From Mesotaenium endlicherianum (Eukaryota), in assembly GCA_009602735.1 (NCBI GenBank), contig WELA01001161.1:136716-200715 (forward strand): a DNA stretch of 64,000 nucleotides, written 5' to 3'. The notes under the pieces are model-generated. The model ran no database searches. It was given only the letters and a program-made list of their open reading frames with translations, and had not been told where the DNA came from. The position numbers were made by a program, and so were the translations under genes. Within the stretch, counting starts at the first letter, position 1, and each line of letters starts with the position of its first letter. This document shows positions 35,701 through 48,404 of this stretch, piece after piece.

Positions 35701-36982
35701 GACGCTAGGGCTTGCACGGCATGGCAGGAGGAAGAGGAAGTAGAAGAAGACTAAGCACCGCCACCACCACCACCACCAGCAGCAGCAGCAGCAGCATATT
35801 ATATGCCGACGGTATGGGAGTTGGTTGTTTGCTCGGGGCAAAGGGCCAGGAAGGCAGGGGGGGAAAGCAGGCAGGCAGGCAGGCTGGCTGGTAGGCTGAC
35901 AAGCGAGGGGGAGCCGGGGCAGGTGGGCGAGTGTGCGGGCGGGCGTACGCAAACAGGAGGATCTGGACTGCAAAGAGGGTCCAGGCATCGGCGAGGTCGT
36001 AGTGCGCAGCCCCCGCCTTGTACCACACAGGCAGATCGCGGAGCCCAGTCACCCGAAGGATCTGCACCATCCAACGCACGACAGCGTACGGCCAGACATC
36101 ACAGCTGAAGAGAGTGAGCAAGCGATCCCAACGGGAGGATGTTATTCTGGACCCGGCACAACCTCTCACATTCCCCTTCCCTTTCCCGCCCCGCCCTCTG
36201 CGTGGCCTATTCCCTCCTTTTGAATTAAGGACTCGAGGACAGGTAGCATAGCAGGTCACTGATGCTCGCCAATGTGCTATGCCGACCTCGACGTCGACCT
36301 CAAAATGAAGTAGTATGCATTTACGGTCCAGCTGCCATGCTAAACCGAATGCAGCCACCATATGAGGGGAAAATGTGCGCTCGAAAGAGAACGGGAGAGC
36401 GGAGGCGAAAGAGGGGAGAGCTGCGTACATCTGTGAGCAGAATGCCAGCTACTCCAGCCATGGCGAAGCGAGCATGGACCAGCTCAGCCTGGACATACCA
36501 GCGCAAGTCCTCCTTCTCAGCGCCTAAGCTCAAGGGATCGAACCCAAAGTCTCCTGCCAGGCTGCTCCCCACGTCCTTGTCAGTAAGCCCCACTAGGATT
36601 GCTTCCAATGCGTTCCAACACCAGGCTGGAGACGTGTGCAGCTCAAATGCACTGTAAGAAAAGGTTACACGCAGCCAGTCGTTTTTATGCATCCATGGAC
36701 CTGGTGTAGACAGGGGCATCAAGAGCTTTAATTGATGGCACACCTGCCATCTAAGTGCGCAGGTGCGGGGCTTCCCGGAAACCAGAGTGGGCGATTTTCA
36801 TCAAGCTGTGCCTTCACGACCGTGACATTTCCCCTCTTGTTCGCAGCAGTGGACACGGTACACCTCCTGCTGAATAACTGGCCTCCGGTGACGTATGACG
36901 AGCTACTGCTGAGTCTACTCTCGCAAGTACCCGCATTGCAGAAGAGGGCAGGCTGCAAAAGCGCGGCACATATAGCAGCCAT
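32779..36982 (-). CDS. LHCA5: Photosystem I light-harvesting protein, land-plant Lhca5-type (~274 aa). Exons 36982-36744, 36561-36429, 36061-35949, 34193-34083, 33355-33267, 32918-32779
   Basis: A transit peptide is followed by [80 protein letters not shown]...[19 protein letters not shown] and EIKNGRLAM. The TD.LR.TG.R.LPVWY and [12 protein letters not shown] segments match Arabidopsis Lhca5 as recalled. Confidence 0.9.
35581..35656. repeat. Three ~27-nt tandem units (GGGGGTATGAACAGGGTCACAC core) in an Lhca5 intron
   Basis: Directly visible minisatellite. Confidence 0.8.
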
Positions 36983-38138
36983 TGAGCCCTGATGCAACAA
37001 GCTTGGGTTTCCAAAAAGAACAACCTTGCGAGGCCTCCGACAGCTAGAAGAAGATGAGCACAACCTGAAAGTTAGTGGCTGTGTTGGTCACAAGCGGAAC
37101 CCGATTAATACGGTCAGGGAAAGCAAAAGGAGACGGGAGTGAGGGTGGAGCAGGGTGGAGCATGGTGGACCACGATGGAGCCGTAGAGGCAACGCTGTAT
37201 ATGCTTTTTGAAGCATATTCTTTATATATATCATTACAATGCGATAATATATATTATTGTGGTATAACGCCGTAAATGTAGCAAATTACCCTTGCAAGCC
37301 CAGCCTTGAGCTCAATTCATCAATCAAAACTTCCCCCTGCCTCTGGTTGCCCTCGGGTATAGGTAATAAATACCGGCAGGCGAGGAAGTCTCGAACGATC
37401 CGCGATTTCGATAATTAAGCTCAACTAATACGACAATCAAACTGGCATTCTGGACCCGTTAAGACAGTGCTGATTTGTATTGAGCACAACAATTTTTTTC
37501 AGTCTGGACAGAAAACTTCTTGTTTTCACCACAAACTTTTTCGTAAACACGATTGCACCCGGTTGCATTTGGCACCACTCTGTCAAGGTCAGTCACGGAC
37601 AATGGTGGCGCTGGGTGGCGCAATTGGTGTGCGCACCGACCATGCCGCCCATCGGGTCAGCCAAGCTATCCCGACCAGGGTGAGTGAGTTAATCCGTGTG
37701 TTGAACTGTAGTGGCAAAAGATTGTGCCTCGCTAGTAAGAAATAGGATAACTGAGAAGGTCAGTAATATAATTGACGATTAAATGTTACCCATAAATAAG
37801 TAGGATACTAAATGAAAACTTTTATGTTGTACGCAGCAGCCCAGTCTACCGTAAGCTGTCGTAAACAGCGCGTGTCACAGAGCGCGTCATTGAGCGTCAC
37901 AAGCTATTGCGCTTTAGGCAGTATCACATGATGCTCAAAAAAGAAAGTCCAACCATGCTAGATTGTCAGTGTTTATTGTAGGATGAAGGTCGTGAGTTGC
38001 GAACTGCATGTCTTATAGCAGCGTTTGGTTGCTCCCTGATACCATAACATATAGACGATTGCGATAGTTGACCTTTCTTGAGCAATTTTAGAGCGAATGG
38101 GGCTGTTTTGATGTTTTCGAGCGCTTAAATTAGTCAAG

Positions 38139-38903
38139 ATGGCCAGTCTTTTGTGCAGATTTGCTATTTTCCTAAGCTTTCTACTGCCTGGATTCTCTTC
38201 TCCTGAAGCAAATTTCTCCGCCTCTTCACAAGTATCTCAGGCACTGAAAGGCGTCCGTGGCCTCCTAGAGTTCTTGGAGAAGAAGAATGAAGGGGAAACT
38301 TTGACTAAAGCAACCAGCATTTTTCGAAGTAGGGTGCTGTATTCAACACCAAAACTCACTCCCCGCGATACAAACAACCCCTCACCTCAAGCTGGCCCTC
38401 CCCCCGCAGATGACAAAGCTCCTCCTTCTGTTGAGCCGCCTGATATAGAGGAGCATCCTGCGCCTCCTCTTCTTCCTCCACAGGGCTCTAGCTTTTATCC
38501 TGCCACACCACCCCCGGTATCCCTTCCACCCCTTCTATATCCTCCAGTATATTCTCCTCCCTCTCCTTCTCCACCACCACCTTCTCTTCCCCCACCTTCC
38601 CCTCCTCCCCCGAAGAGGTCCCCTCCTCCAAAGAAGCCCCCTCCCCCACTCACGAAGGCCCAGAAGGCATACACGGCCCTGCAAGCATTCAAGCGGTCCT
38701 TAACAGAGGTACCACTACTCTCTCACCCTCAGAGCACAGGTGTGCGAGATGTCATACCTGCCCAATTTGTGTAGCACCCACGTATCTTCTGCTGGATGTT
38801 TTATGAATTTCATCGGGAACTTTGTTGTGCCATGGGCGCATTAAGTGAGCACGCAAACGCGTGCATACACAGACCCCCCCCCCCCCCTGCGCGCGCGAGC
38901 ACA

Positions 38904-38966
<63 letters not shown>

Positions 38967-41900
38967 TGCATTGCTGAGGAGACTCACACTGGCACCCCTC
39001 CACAGTCAAGAATACACACTCGCACTGATGCTACCATTGGAATCCACGCTTGGCTGCTGTGGGCCAACCCAAGCTTGCTGCACCAGGCCTTGCCCTACAC
39101 ACCACCTGGCACACCGTCTCTCCCATCTCCCGAGCCCAGCACCTGAAGCAATCATGTCGGACCACAGAGGGAGCAGCGTGAGGGAGCAGCGTGAGGGAGC
39201 AGCGTGAGGGAGCAGCCGCAGGGGCCCAGGAAGGAGCGCCGGGGCTCTGCCACCTGTGCTGGCAATGCTGGCACTGGAGGCAGTCCAGCTAAGCAGCCCT
39301 CTCATCCCATGACCCATGCCCAATGGGGCCTCTGGGCACCTCTCCCGCCCCTCTCGCCTGGCACCCCCTCCGCCCCTCCTTCTCTCCCTCCTCCGCCCCC
39401 GCCTCCCTCTCCCCGTGTCAGCACTGGGAGGACTAAGCTTGGGCGGAAGCCGCCTGTCGTGTGCTGCTGCACTCGTGCGCAGGACCCGTACCGAGTGATG
39501 AAGAGCTGGCGGGGGAGCAACGTGTGCACCTACACGGGCGTCGTCTGCATGAAGGGCAAGGATGGTGCGCACCCCTCGCCGTGCTCTTATACCTCAGTCA
39601 CTGATAGTTTATGCATGTGTAGCTTTTCTGGTGTATGTCCTTCTTCTCATTTCCCAGCTGTGCACATTGTTGCTATAAGACGGTGCGAAATTGGAGCCCT
39701 TTCTTGGGTGTGCTCTTTTTGGGGGATGGAGGGGGTGTTCTGTACCTTGACAAGCCGACATCGCTTGCATGCCTGAATGGCTGCCTTCCGCCCAGTCAGC
39801 AACGACGGCGCTTATGTCAGCAGTGACAGGCAGCCTTGCATGATCGTACAGCCATCTTGGCACTCTACGGAGGAGCAGCGCTGAAGGAGATGGATGGGAG
39901 AAGGAGAGCGAGGGAAGCACATGCATGTCTGTCTCTTCTCTGCCACGCGTTGCTCGGGGCGTGCTCTGCGAGCAAACCTCACTCTGGCGCTGCACCTCTT
40001 CCTCTCTTCCTCTCTCTCGCTCTCTCGCTCTCTTCCTGCGTGTGCGTGTACCCGCATGTGTGTGCGTGCGCACGCCCGTTCCAACAGTGGCGGCCATGAC
40101 CAAAGCGAAGATCACAAACCCCGACGACATGACGGTGGTGGGCATCGATCTGAACGGGTACAACCTGGCGGGAACTGTGCCTGCTGAGCTGGATTACCTG
40201 GTGGTGAGTTTCACAAGCCCCCCTCCGCGCCCTGTCGCGTCGAGCTCGCCAGGTGTCAGTTGGACAGAGGCTTAAGAGGCCATGCCTGTCTCACGTCAGC
40301 AGCTGGAATGCCAGTATCTCAAAATACCTTGTATGTCACAAGGCTGGCAGCGGTGCGTGCCCTTCCCTCCTGCTCCTCCTCCTCCCCCCTCCTGCTGCTG
40401 CTGCTGCTCCTCCTGGCGTTGAGGCAGCAGGACCTCCACCACCACCAGCAGCAGCAGCAGCAGTAGGGAGAAAGGAAGCTGCCGCCAGGTTGTCCCGTAT
40501 TGCGCCCCCTGATATGCCCGCCCGTCTGCCTATTCGTTCGCTCGCCCGCTCGCACACCACTGCCCCGCATGCTTGTGCACGCTGCACATCGCGGCAGGCG
40601 TGCATCGTCAGGCTCCAGCCCCCCCTTGAAAGTTTCCTTGTACACTCATCATCATCATTATCAGCAGCAGCAGCAACAGCAGCAGCGGCAGCAGAGCACC
40701 ACCGACAGCAGCGCCCTGACGGTCGATGCGCCCTGAGCAGTGCGTGTGTGTGTGTGTGCCGGGTGGTGCGGGTGCGGGTCTGGGGGTTGGGGCGAGCAGG
40801 ACCTGGGGTACCTGCACCTGGGGAGCAACAGGCTGAGGGGGCAGCTGCCCTTCTACACGTCGCTGGCGCTGCTGGGCGAGATCGACGTCAGCCAGAACCA
40901 GCTCTCGGGGCCCTTCCCCTCCTTCGTGCTGCACCTGCCGCGCCTCAAGTACCTCGACATCCGCTTCAACGTAAGGCGGGAGGGGGAGGGGAAGGGGGAA
41001 GGGGAGGGGGAGGNTCTTGGCACTCTACGGAGGAGCAGCGCTGAAGGAGATGGATGGGAGAAGGAGAGCGAGGGAAGCACATGCATGTCTGTCTCTTCTC
41101 TGCCACGCGTTGCTCGGGGCGTGCTCTGCGAGCAAACCTCACTCTGGCGCTGCACCTCTTCCTCTCTTCCTCTCTCTCGCTCTCTCGCTCTCTTCCTGCG
41201 TGTGCGTGTACCCGCATGTGTGTGCGTGCGCACGCCCGTTCCAACAGTGGCGGCCATGACCAAAGCGAAGATCACAAACCCCGACGACATGACGGTGGTG
41301 GGCATCGATCTGAACGGGTACAACCTGGCGGGAACTGTGCCTGCTGAGCTGGATTACCTGGTGGTGAGTTTCACAAGCCCCCCTCCGCGCCCTGTCGCGT
41401 CGAGCTCGCCAGGTGTCAGTTGGACAGAGGCTTAAGAGGCCATGCCTGTCTCACGTCAGCAGCTGGAATGCCAGTATCTCAAAATACCTTGTATGTCACA
41501 AGGCTGGCAGCGGTGCGTGCCCTTCCCTCCTGCTCCTCCTCCTCCCCCCTCCTGCTGCTGCTGCTGCTCCTCCTGGCGTTGAGGCAGCAGGACCTCCACC
41601 ACCACCAGCAGCAGCAGCAGCAGTAGGGAGAAAGGAAGCTGCCGCCAGGTTGTCCCGTATTGCGCCCCCTGATATGCCCGCCCGTCTGCCTATTCGTTCG
41701 CTCGCCCGCTCGCACACCACTGCCCCGCATGCTTGTGCACGCTGCACATCGCGGCAGGCGTGCATCGTCAGGCTCCAGCCCCCCCTTGAAAGTTTCCTTG
41801 TACACTCATCATCATCATTATCAGCAGCAGCAGCAACAGCAGCAGCGGCAGCAGAGCACCACCGACAGCAGCGCCCTGACGGTCGATGCGCCCTGAGCAG

Positions 41901-43239
41901 TGCGTGTGTGTGTGTGTGCCGGGTGGTGCGGGTGCGGGTCTGGGGGTTGGGGCGAGCAGGACCTGGGGTACCTGCACCTGGGGAGCAACAGGCTGAGGGG
42001 GCAGCTGCCCTTCTACACGTCGCTGGCGCTGCTGGGCGAGATCGACGTCAGCCAGAACCAGCTCTCGGGGCCCTTCCCCTCCTTCGTGCTGCACCTGCCG
42101 CGCCTCAAGTACCTCGACATCCGCTTCAACGTAAGGCGGGAGGGGGAGGGGAAGGGGGAAGGGGAGGGGGAGGGGGAGGGGAGAGAGAGATTGAGAAAGG
42201 GAGGGAGAGCATGGACCGGCTCTGTTTGGACGCCCCCCGCCTTTTCTGCAACCCCTTCCCCCCTTTTCGTGCAAACGCGCCTGCGGCCCGCCAGGCGATT
42301 TATCTGCCTGCCTGCCTGCCTGCCTGCCTGTCTGCCTGTCTGCTGGTTAAGGTCCCCTTGCATCTGTCCCGATGGGGCTAGTTGACTCCATTACGTGTCT
42401 GTAGAGTGTGTGTGTCATGCGCGGCCGGCCAGATGAGCTGCCGGCGGCCGGCTGCGCTTCGCGGCGGGCTGGAGTGGGACTGGTCAACCGGTTGCACTGA
42501 GCATAGGCAGCAGAGCTTTGGGAGTGAGCGGCGCAGGCCCCGTCCAGTTCTCTCGCACGTGCAGACCCCTGCCGTCGCTTGCGCCCCTCCGATATTGTCT
42601 GCGCGCACACGTGCACCGGGATGAGCCAGAAGGAGGCGTGTTCTCTTCGCAAGCAGGGCCCGACCTCGGCCGCGAAACTGTCAACAAGTTGGTTCAGAGC
42701 AGGCGTAGGGCTGGAAAGGAGGTGGGACATGGGTGGGTGAGCCCCTGGGGGTGCCTGCTTTCTTCGTTTCGCACTGGAGAGAGAGAGACACCCACCCCCC
42801 CCCCCCCCNNNNNNNNNNNNNNNNNNNNNNNNNNNNNNNNNNNNNNNNNNNNNNNNNNNNNNNNNNNNNNNNNNNNNNNNNNNNNNNNNNNNNNNNNNNN
42901 NNNNNNNNNNNNNNNNNNNNNNNNNNNNNNNNNNNNNNNNNNNNNNNNNNNNNNNNNNNNNNNNNNNNNNNNNNNNNNNNNNNNNNNNNNNNNNNNNNNN
43001 NNNNNNNNNNNNNNNNNNNNNNNNNNNNNNNNNNNNNNNNNNNNNNNNNNNNNNNNCCCCCCCCCAAAAAAAAAATACCCCTGTGTTTGCTCCCCTCACG
43101 ACAACTGGCATATGCGTGCGCTTTGCTCCCGCCTCCTCCTCCTCCACCACCTTCTCCTCCGTCCTCCTCCTCCTCTTGCACCTCCTCCTCCTCCTCCAGC
43201 TGCTGCTGCTGGTCCCCCTGCTGCCGATGACCCCGCTGC

Positions 43240-43271
<32 letters not shown>

Positions 43272-43577
43272 ACTGCTGTGTGCAGAACTTTGTGGGCAAC
43301 ATTCCGCCGCTCATCTTTGCAATGAAGCTGGACCTGCTGGCCCTCAACGACAACAAGGCAAGCAAGCAAGCGTTCCCTGTGGCTTTCCTTGAGCGCGGGC
43401 TTGTGGGGGTGCCGCCTGTCTGGTTGCCCTCGCTTCCTGCCTGCACTGGTCTTCTGGGGACAGAAGCTGGCTGCCTGGCTCCTTGGTGCTGCCGCGACAT
43501 GTGGCGCTCTGTCATGTGTTGCGCGTGGCCTTCGTGTCTGCGTCGTAGTCTAGTCAGGACTTGGCTGGTACCCCTCA

Positions 43578-43610
<33 letters not shown>

Positions 43611-46073
43611 ATGTGTTTTTCATAGATGTTTGGTGGTAGTACAATGTGCAAAAAATCCTGCTATTTATTTAAACGCTTCGTGCATTATGGTATACATTGC
43701 CCGTGTGTGCACGTGTACATGTACTTGCTAGCAGATCTCGTCTCGACATGCGGTGTACTGTACGTATGCTGGGCCTGCTTTCAGCCAGCTGGCACTGCCT
43801 GGCATCACATCTCCCTGCCTGCCCTGCCCGCGTGCCAGCTGCTGCATAGCGTCTGACAACGGGGCCTGGGGCACGGGTGCGGGTGCGGGGGTGCGGGTGG
43901 GGAGCTGTCGACGACGAGTTGCAGCTGACGCAGGCGGGCATGTGGGAAGCGGTGGGCAACAGCAAGGCGTCCATGCTGGTGCTGGCCAACAACCCCCTGG
44001 GGGGCCAGCTGGGCGCCGGCATCCAGAGCATGGCCTCCACGCTCGAGGAGCTCGTGCTGCGCGGGTGCGCGCCCCCCCCTGCCCCGCGTCCTGTCGTGCA
44101 ACCTGCCGCCACCGCTGCCGCTGCTCCTTCTGCTGCTGCTAATGATGGTGGTACTGCTGCTGCTGCTGCTGCCACTGCTGTTTGCTGCCTTGTGCCTGCG
44201 CTGCTGGCGGCTGGCGTTGGCGGTCGCTGCTGACGTTATCAGTGGCTGCGCTGTAAGTGGTGCTGCTGCTTGCTGCAGTGGCTGCTGTCCTGAGGCAGGG
44301 CCACTTCCGCCGGCCCAATGCACGGGTGCTACTGTGCTGCTCCTGCTGTAGCTGCTGCTGCTTGGTGTCTCACACTGCTGTCTCATACTGGTGTCTCATA
44401 CTGATGCTTGGTGTCCCAGAAGTCGGTGGGGTGCTGACGTAGTGAGTGCCGTGGTGGGGGGGTGTTTGGGGAGTGCAGCACCAACCTGACAGGGCCCATC
44501 CCAGATGGCCTGGGGCTGCTGAACAACACGAACGCGCTCGACCTCAGTAACAACCGCCTCTCTGTACGCCCTCCGTGCTTATCCCCACCCCCTCTCAGCA
44601 TGCATGTGCGTGTGTGCATGTGCATGTGTGTGTGAGAGAGAGAGAGAGAGAGGGGGGGGAAGCCCGCAAGGAAAGAAGATGACGAAGAAAAAAAAAGAGG
44701 CACATGCACGAGGCAATGCAAAGACGCAGATATCCCAGCAGGCATCGGAAACGGCGGGCGCCAGAAACAGCATTCGGCAGGTCCCAAGCAGCAGGCCCCG
44801 AAACAGCCGGCCCCAAAGGTAACCTAGTAAGAATGCGAAGCGAGCAAGGATGGCAAGCGTAAGGCAGGGAGGGAGGAAGGCAAGCGTAAGGCGGACAGGG
44901 AGGAAGGCGGGCAGCGGGTGGTGCGGCTCACCCGGGCACCATGGGGTAGGAGGAGATGCCCCAGTCGTTGCGGATCTGGTGCAGGTCCGTGTGGCAGATG
45001 CCGCAGAACAGCACCTTGAACGCCACGTCATCGGGCCCCACCTCCCTGCCACCCCCTCAGCAGCCAGAGAGAGAGANTGCCTGTGCCTGTGCCTGTACCA
45101 GGCTATACTGGCGGATGGTGCTTCCTGTTGTTGGCTGCTTCTGGCTAGGTTTGGTCGTCTTGCGAGCTGGCTGTCGGCTCTTACGGCCACCATCTGCAGC
45201 AGCAGCAGTAGCAGCTTCAGCCAGCCTTGCAAAGGCGCCGTGACTGCAGTGGCCCACGCCCGGCACGCCCCCGCCTGCTCTTGTTTCGCTCGCTCGCTCG
45301 CTCTGCTTGTCGTGGAGCGCGCACGTCTTGCCGGGCCCCGTTTTTTTCTCATACTTGCTGCACCCAGGCGCTGGTAAGTGGCATGCTGGCAGGTTTTGCG
45401 TCTCATTAGAGACTTACGGACAGAAGTTGAGCCCCCTCAAGCGATCTTGTCCCCGCACCCCCACCCCCTCCTTCCATCCCAACCAGCCCCTTAATGCTAT
45501 ACTGACTCTTCATGCCCCCTTGGCCCCCTCTCCCTCCCTCCCCCTCCCCTCCTCTGCCCCTCCCTCCCTCCTGGGCCGCTTGTTGGTACCCCTGTGCATG
45601 TGCAGAACTTCACGTTTGCAAACAACTTCTTCGTGGGGGAGGTGCCCGACAACGCGACGATCGACAGCTGGAGCGGAAGCGGGAACTGCCTGGACGGCAT
45701 CCCCCGCCAGAAGGCCGACGCCGCGTGCGACAACTTCTACAAGACCGTGCCACCGCCCCCGGCCCCCCGCCGCCAGAGGCCCCGCGCGCCCCCAAAGAAG
45801 CCCCACAAATCTCCCCCCCCTCCCAAGGGCCCTGGAAAGAAGAATGCTGCGCCCCCTCCTCCCTCAAAGGGAGCCAAGGCTGCGACCCACCCCCCCCCTG
45901 CTGCACGCCCTCCTCCTCCTGCGGTGAAGCAACCCTCCAAGGAGCAGGGCAAGGACAAGAAGGGTTCGCCGGGCACGCCCGGAAAGGGCCCGCCGCCGCC
46001 GAAAGGGGGAGGAGACGACGCTAAGGGCAAGGGTAGCAAGGCGCCCCCCAGCAAGCATCGGCTCCTCCTCTGA
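38139..46073 (+). CDS. Secreted LRR-extensin (LRX/PEX)-like protein. Exons 38139-38708, 39483-39564, 40088-40203, 40800-40970 (the last two duplicated at 41248-41363 and 41960-42130), 43286-43357, 43925-44064, 44479-44563, [exon apparently missing], 45606-46073
   Basis: Hydrophobic signal peptide, SPPP/PPPK tract, LRX-type N-cap ([16 protein letters not shown]...[15 protein letters not shown]), [13 protein letters not shown], plant LRRs ([36 protein letters not shown]), C-cap NCL...RQK...C, and a Pro/Lys-rich tail. Confidence 0.88.
38903..38963. repeat. (CA)n microsatellite in LRX intron 1
   Basis: Long pure CA run, representative of many (CA)n/(GT)n/(GA)n/(CTG)n/(CTCCTG)n intronic repeats in the window. 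Confidence 0.9.
39168..39217. repeat. 13-nt tandem repeat (GAGGGAGCAGCGT), about 4 units
   Basis: Directly visible in LRX intron 1. Confidence 0.8.
39855..42173. repeat. Exact tandem duplication (39855-41013 and 41015-42173) separated by one N, duplicating two LRX exons; probable assembly artefact
   Basis: Identical sequence at an offset of 1160 nt, with n at 41014. Confidence 0.9.
44932..45045 (-). other. Orphan 114-nt exon of a cinnamyl alcohol dehydrogenase (CAD)-family zinc-dependent dehydrogenase
   Basis: The minus strand reads cag|[40 protein letters not shown]|gtgag, containing the CGICHTD zinc-ligand motif. No other CAD exons were found in the window. Confidence 0.85.
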
Positions 46074-48049
46074 AGCCCCGGTAAAAGTGCGCTTCTTAGG
46101 CAGGAGCATCTATTTGTGAGACCCGGGGGGGGGGGGGGGGNNNNNGGGGGGGGGGGGGGGGGGGGGGGGTTTGGCTTGGGGCAAAAATGAGTGTAGGTGG
46201 ATCCATGCGGTCATGACGGGCGGTGCCTCCACCTGCCCATGCCAGTTGTGCAGCATCAGGTTTGGCATCCGCATGAGCATCTGCGTCGGCATCAGCATCA
46301 GCTGCGCTTCTGGCAGGGACAACTCGTAGGTTTCAGCAGTATAGGTGGCCCCCGTCAGAGCGTTGTGAGATGAGCCAGGTGGAAGACAAACCACACAAAG
46401 CCAGCGCGCACACGCACGTGCACTCACGGATGGTAGACCTTGCGGCGTTTTGTGTCCTTTGTCAGTGCCTCCTGGCCGGGCTCCGAATATGCTACCTCTT
46501 TCATTCCATATTCCTCTCGGCGGGCAATGGGCTCCCAATCAGAGGGCTAGCGAGGGCCTGTGCTGTCATCGGTTTGATATGCCCACTGGAAGGGGGAGGG
46601 GGGCGGGAAGAAGGGGGCGTTTGGGTGTGGGCGGAAACGAAGTGGCAGGAAGTGCACGGGTGCAGATGCACACTTGTATTTATACGTGTCAGGAGATTGA
46701 TATTTATTTGCTTGTATGTCGTGTGTTAGGCAGTGGTAAGCTTTGTGTGAAGACGAAGGGATGCGCGCCATCATTTATTGCCTTCAAAGGATGACTAGGG
46801 AGTAGTGTGTGATGCACAGGCAGCGAGATAAAAAACAATCTTGATTTGCAAGTCGATATTCCAGTGCCAACCAAGTGAGGCCACTTTGCGAGTAAGAGCA
46901 GCAGTCTTTTTGTGCTCCCTAATTTTTTTTGGGTCAACTAGTGTATGCCAACTCTTTATAATCGTGATGTTTGGCAAGGTTAGGAATGGTCATATCAGAG
47001 AACGCCCTTCAAACCTGTGCCATTTGAATGTAGCTCTGTTTTATGTTGTAAATTGTCAACTCATTGTCTTGTCCCGTAATGTGCTACATGAGGCAAGTCC
47101 GCAATTGAAAGATTGTGTTTCTCTGCATAAGCACGTCAAATTGCGCATATTATTCCACGTAGTGCATGTCCTGGCTCCACGTTCTGGAGGTGCATGTATG
47201 ACTTCACGCCCTTTTATTGTGCATAGCAGTGATGGCCACATGCACTAGTCCCATACCCGCCTAAGGTTGTAGCTCATGATGTATGTGAGCCTATTAAAGC
47301 TAGATACTTTGCTTCCATGCGGTTCAAGTTTGGGACTTTGGTATCTAAAATGTTCTCTCAGTTATCAATAAGCTCATTGCGCACTGTCTCATTGACATGC
47401 ATGGCACGTTATTCACATACCATGCCCGCACATTACGCTTTCCATCTATGGCTTAAAATTAAACGCACCAACCAGCAGGATTACAAAAGCACTCCCGAGC
47501 ACTCCCAAGTCCCGACTCCCAGGCTGGTCCCAGGGACGACAAGGCACGTCGCACAGCCAGGTCGGGCTCAACTGAGTGCACCGTGCAACCTGGCATAACT
47601 GGGTGCGACCGGGCTGCAACCGGCCAAAACAAGTCCTTGTGTCAAATCATGTCAAATCTTGCTTAGATTTGCCTAGCTGTACAATGTACATGGTCCTCCA
47701 GGCTCACCCAAACTGCGTGGTTGAGAAATCAACTTGGCTTCCTTTTCCTATCTTTCTTTCACTTTCCCTTGCTTTTTCCTTGTCAGATCGAGGCTTCGGT
47801 CCACTTCGGTCCTGCTTCGGTCGGCCACTTCTGCATTCTTGCATCTTCCATTCGGAAGATTGACACGGATCGAATGTGCTCAGATCGACCACATAATATT
47901 CCCTGCTCTGACATAATTTGATAAGATTTCTGGAGGCAGATCATGACATAAAAGTTGCAGAAAGTCACATAAAGTGCACAATGAAGAGCAATAAAGAGTC
48001 GTGAATCGCGGAAAAGTGGCAAAAAGTTGGGAAAAGTGAAGTGGATGTC

Positions 48050-48113
48050 GGACTCGGGACTCGGGACTCGGGACTTGGGACTCGGGAGGACTCGGGAGTC
48101 GGGAGACGGGACA
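48050..48113. repeat. GGACTCG heptamer tandem array with an inverted partial counterpart at ~47494-47520
   Basis: ggactcgggactcgggactcgggacttgggactcggg; the reverse complement of ctcccaagtcccgactccc matches the array. Confidence 0.6.
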
Positions 48114-48404
48114 TGAGGGAGTTGTGGGGCTTGCATTGCAGGTGTTTCAATTGTGCATACGCAGGTACCTTGAATTGCAGGAAAGGTGCTTATATTATTG
48201 ACAGTAACATATAGACGGAGTCTATGAGCACAATTTAGTTGCATCTGAGAAGAGACAGACTAAGGCCATACTTGCAACACGTAGCTCCATGCTGCCGTCA
48301 AGTTGCAGTACACATCGTTTGACCTAGAATCGTAGCCGTGCTGTAGATGGTCTACAGCACGGTTACTTTGTTCACGTCTGCAGCTGTGCCGTTGACGCGC
48401 CAAA

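Noticed and set aside
41248..42130. Genuine exon duplication expanding the LRR array
   Set aside because: Lies in an apparently identical duplicate hinged on a single N, the same signature as two other artefact-like duplications.
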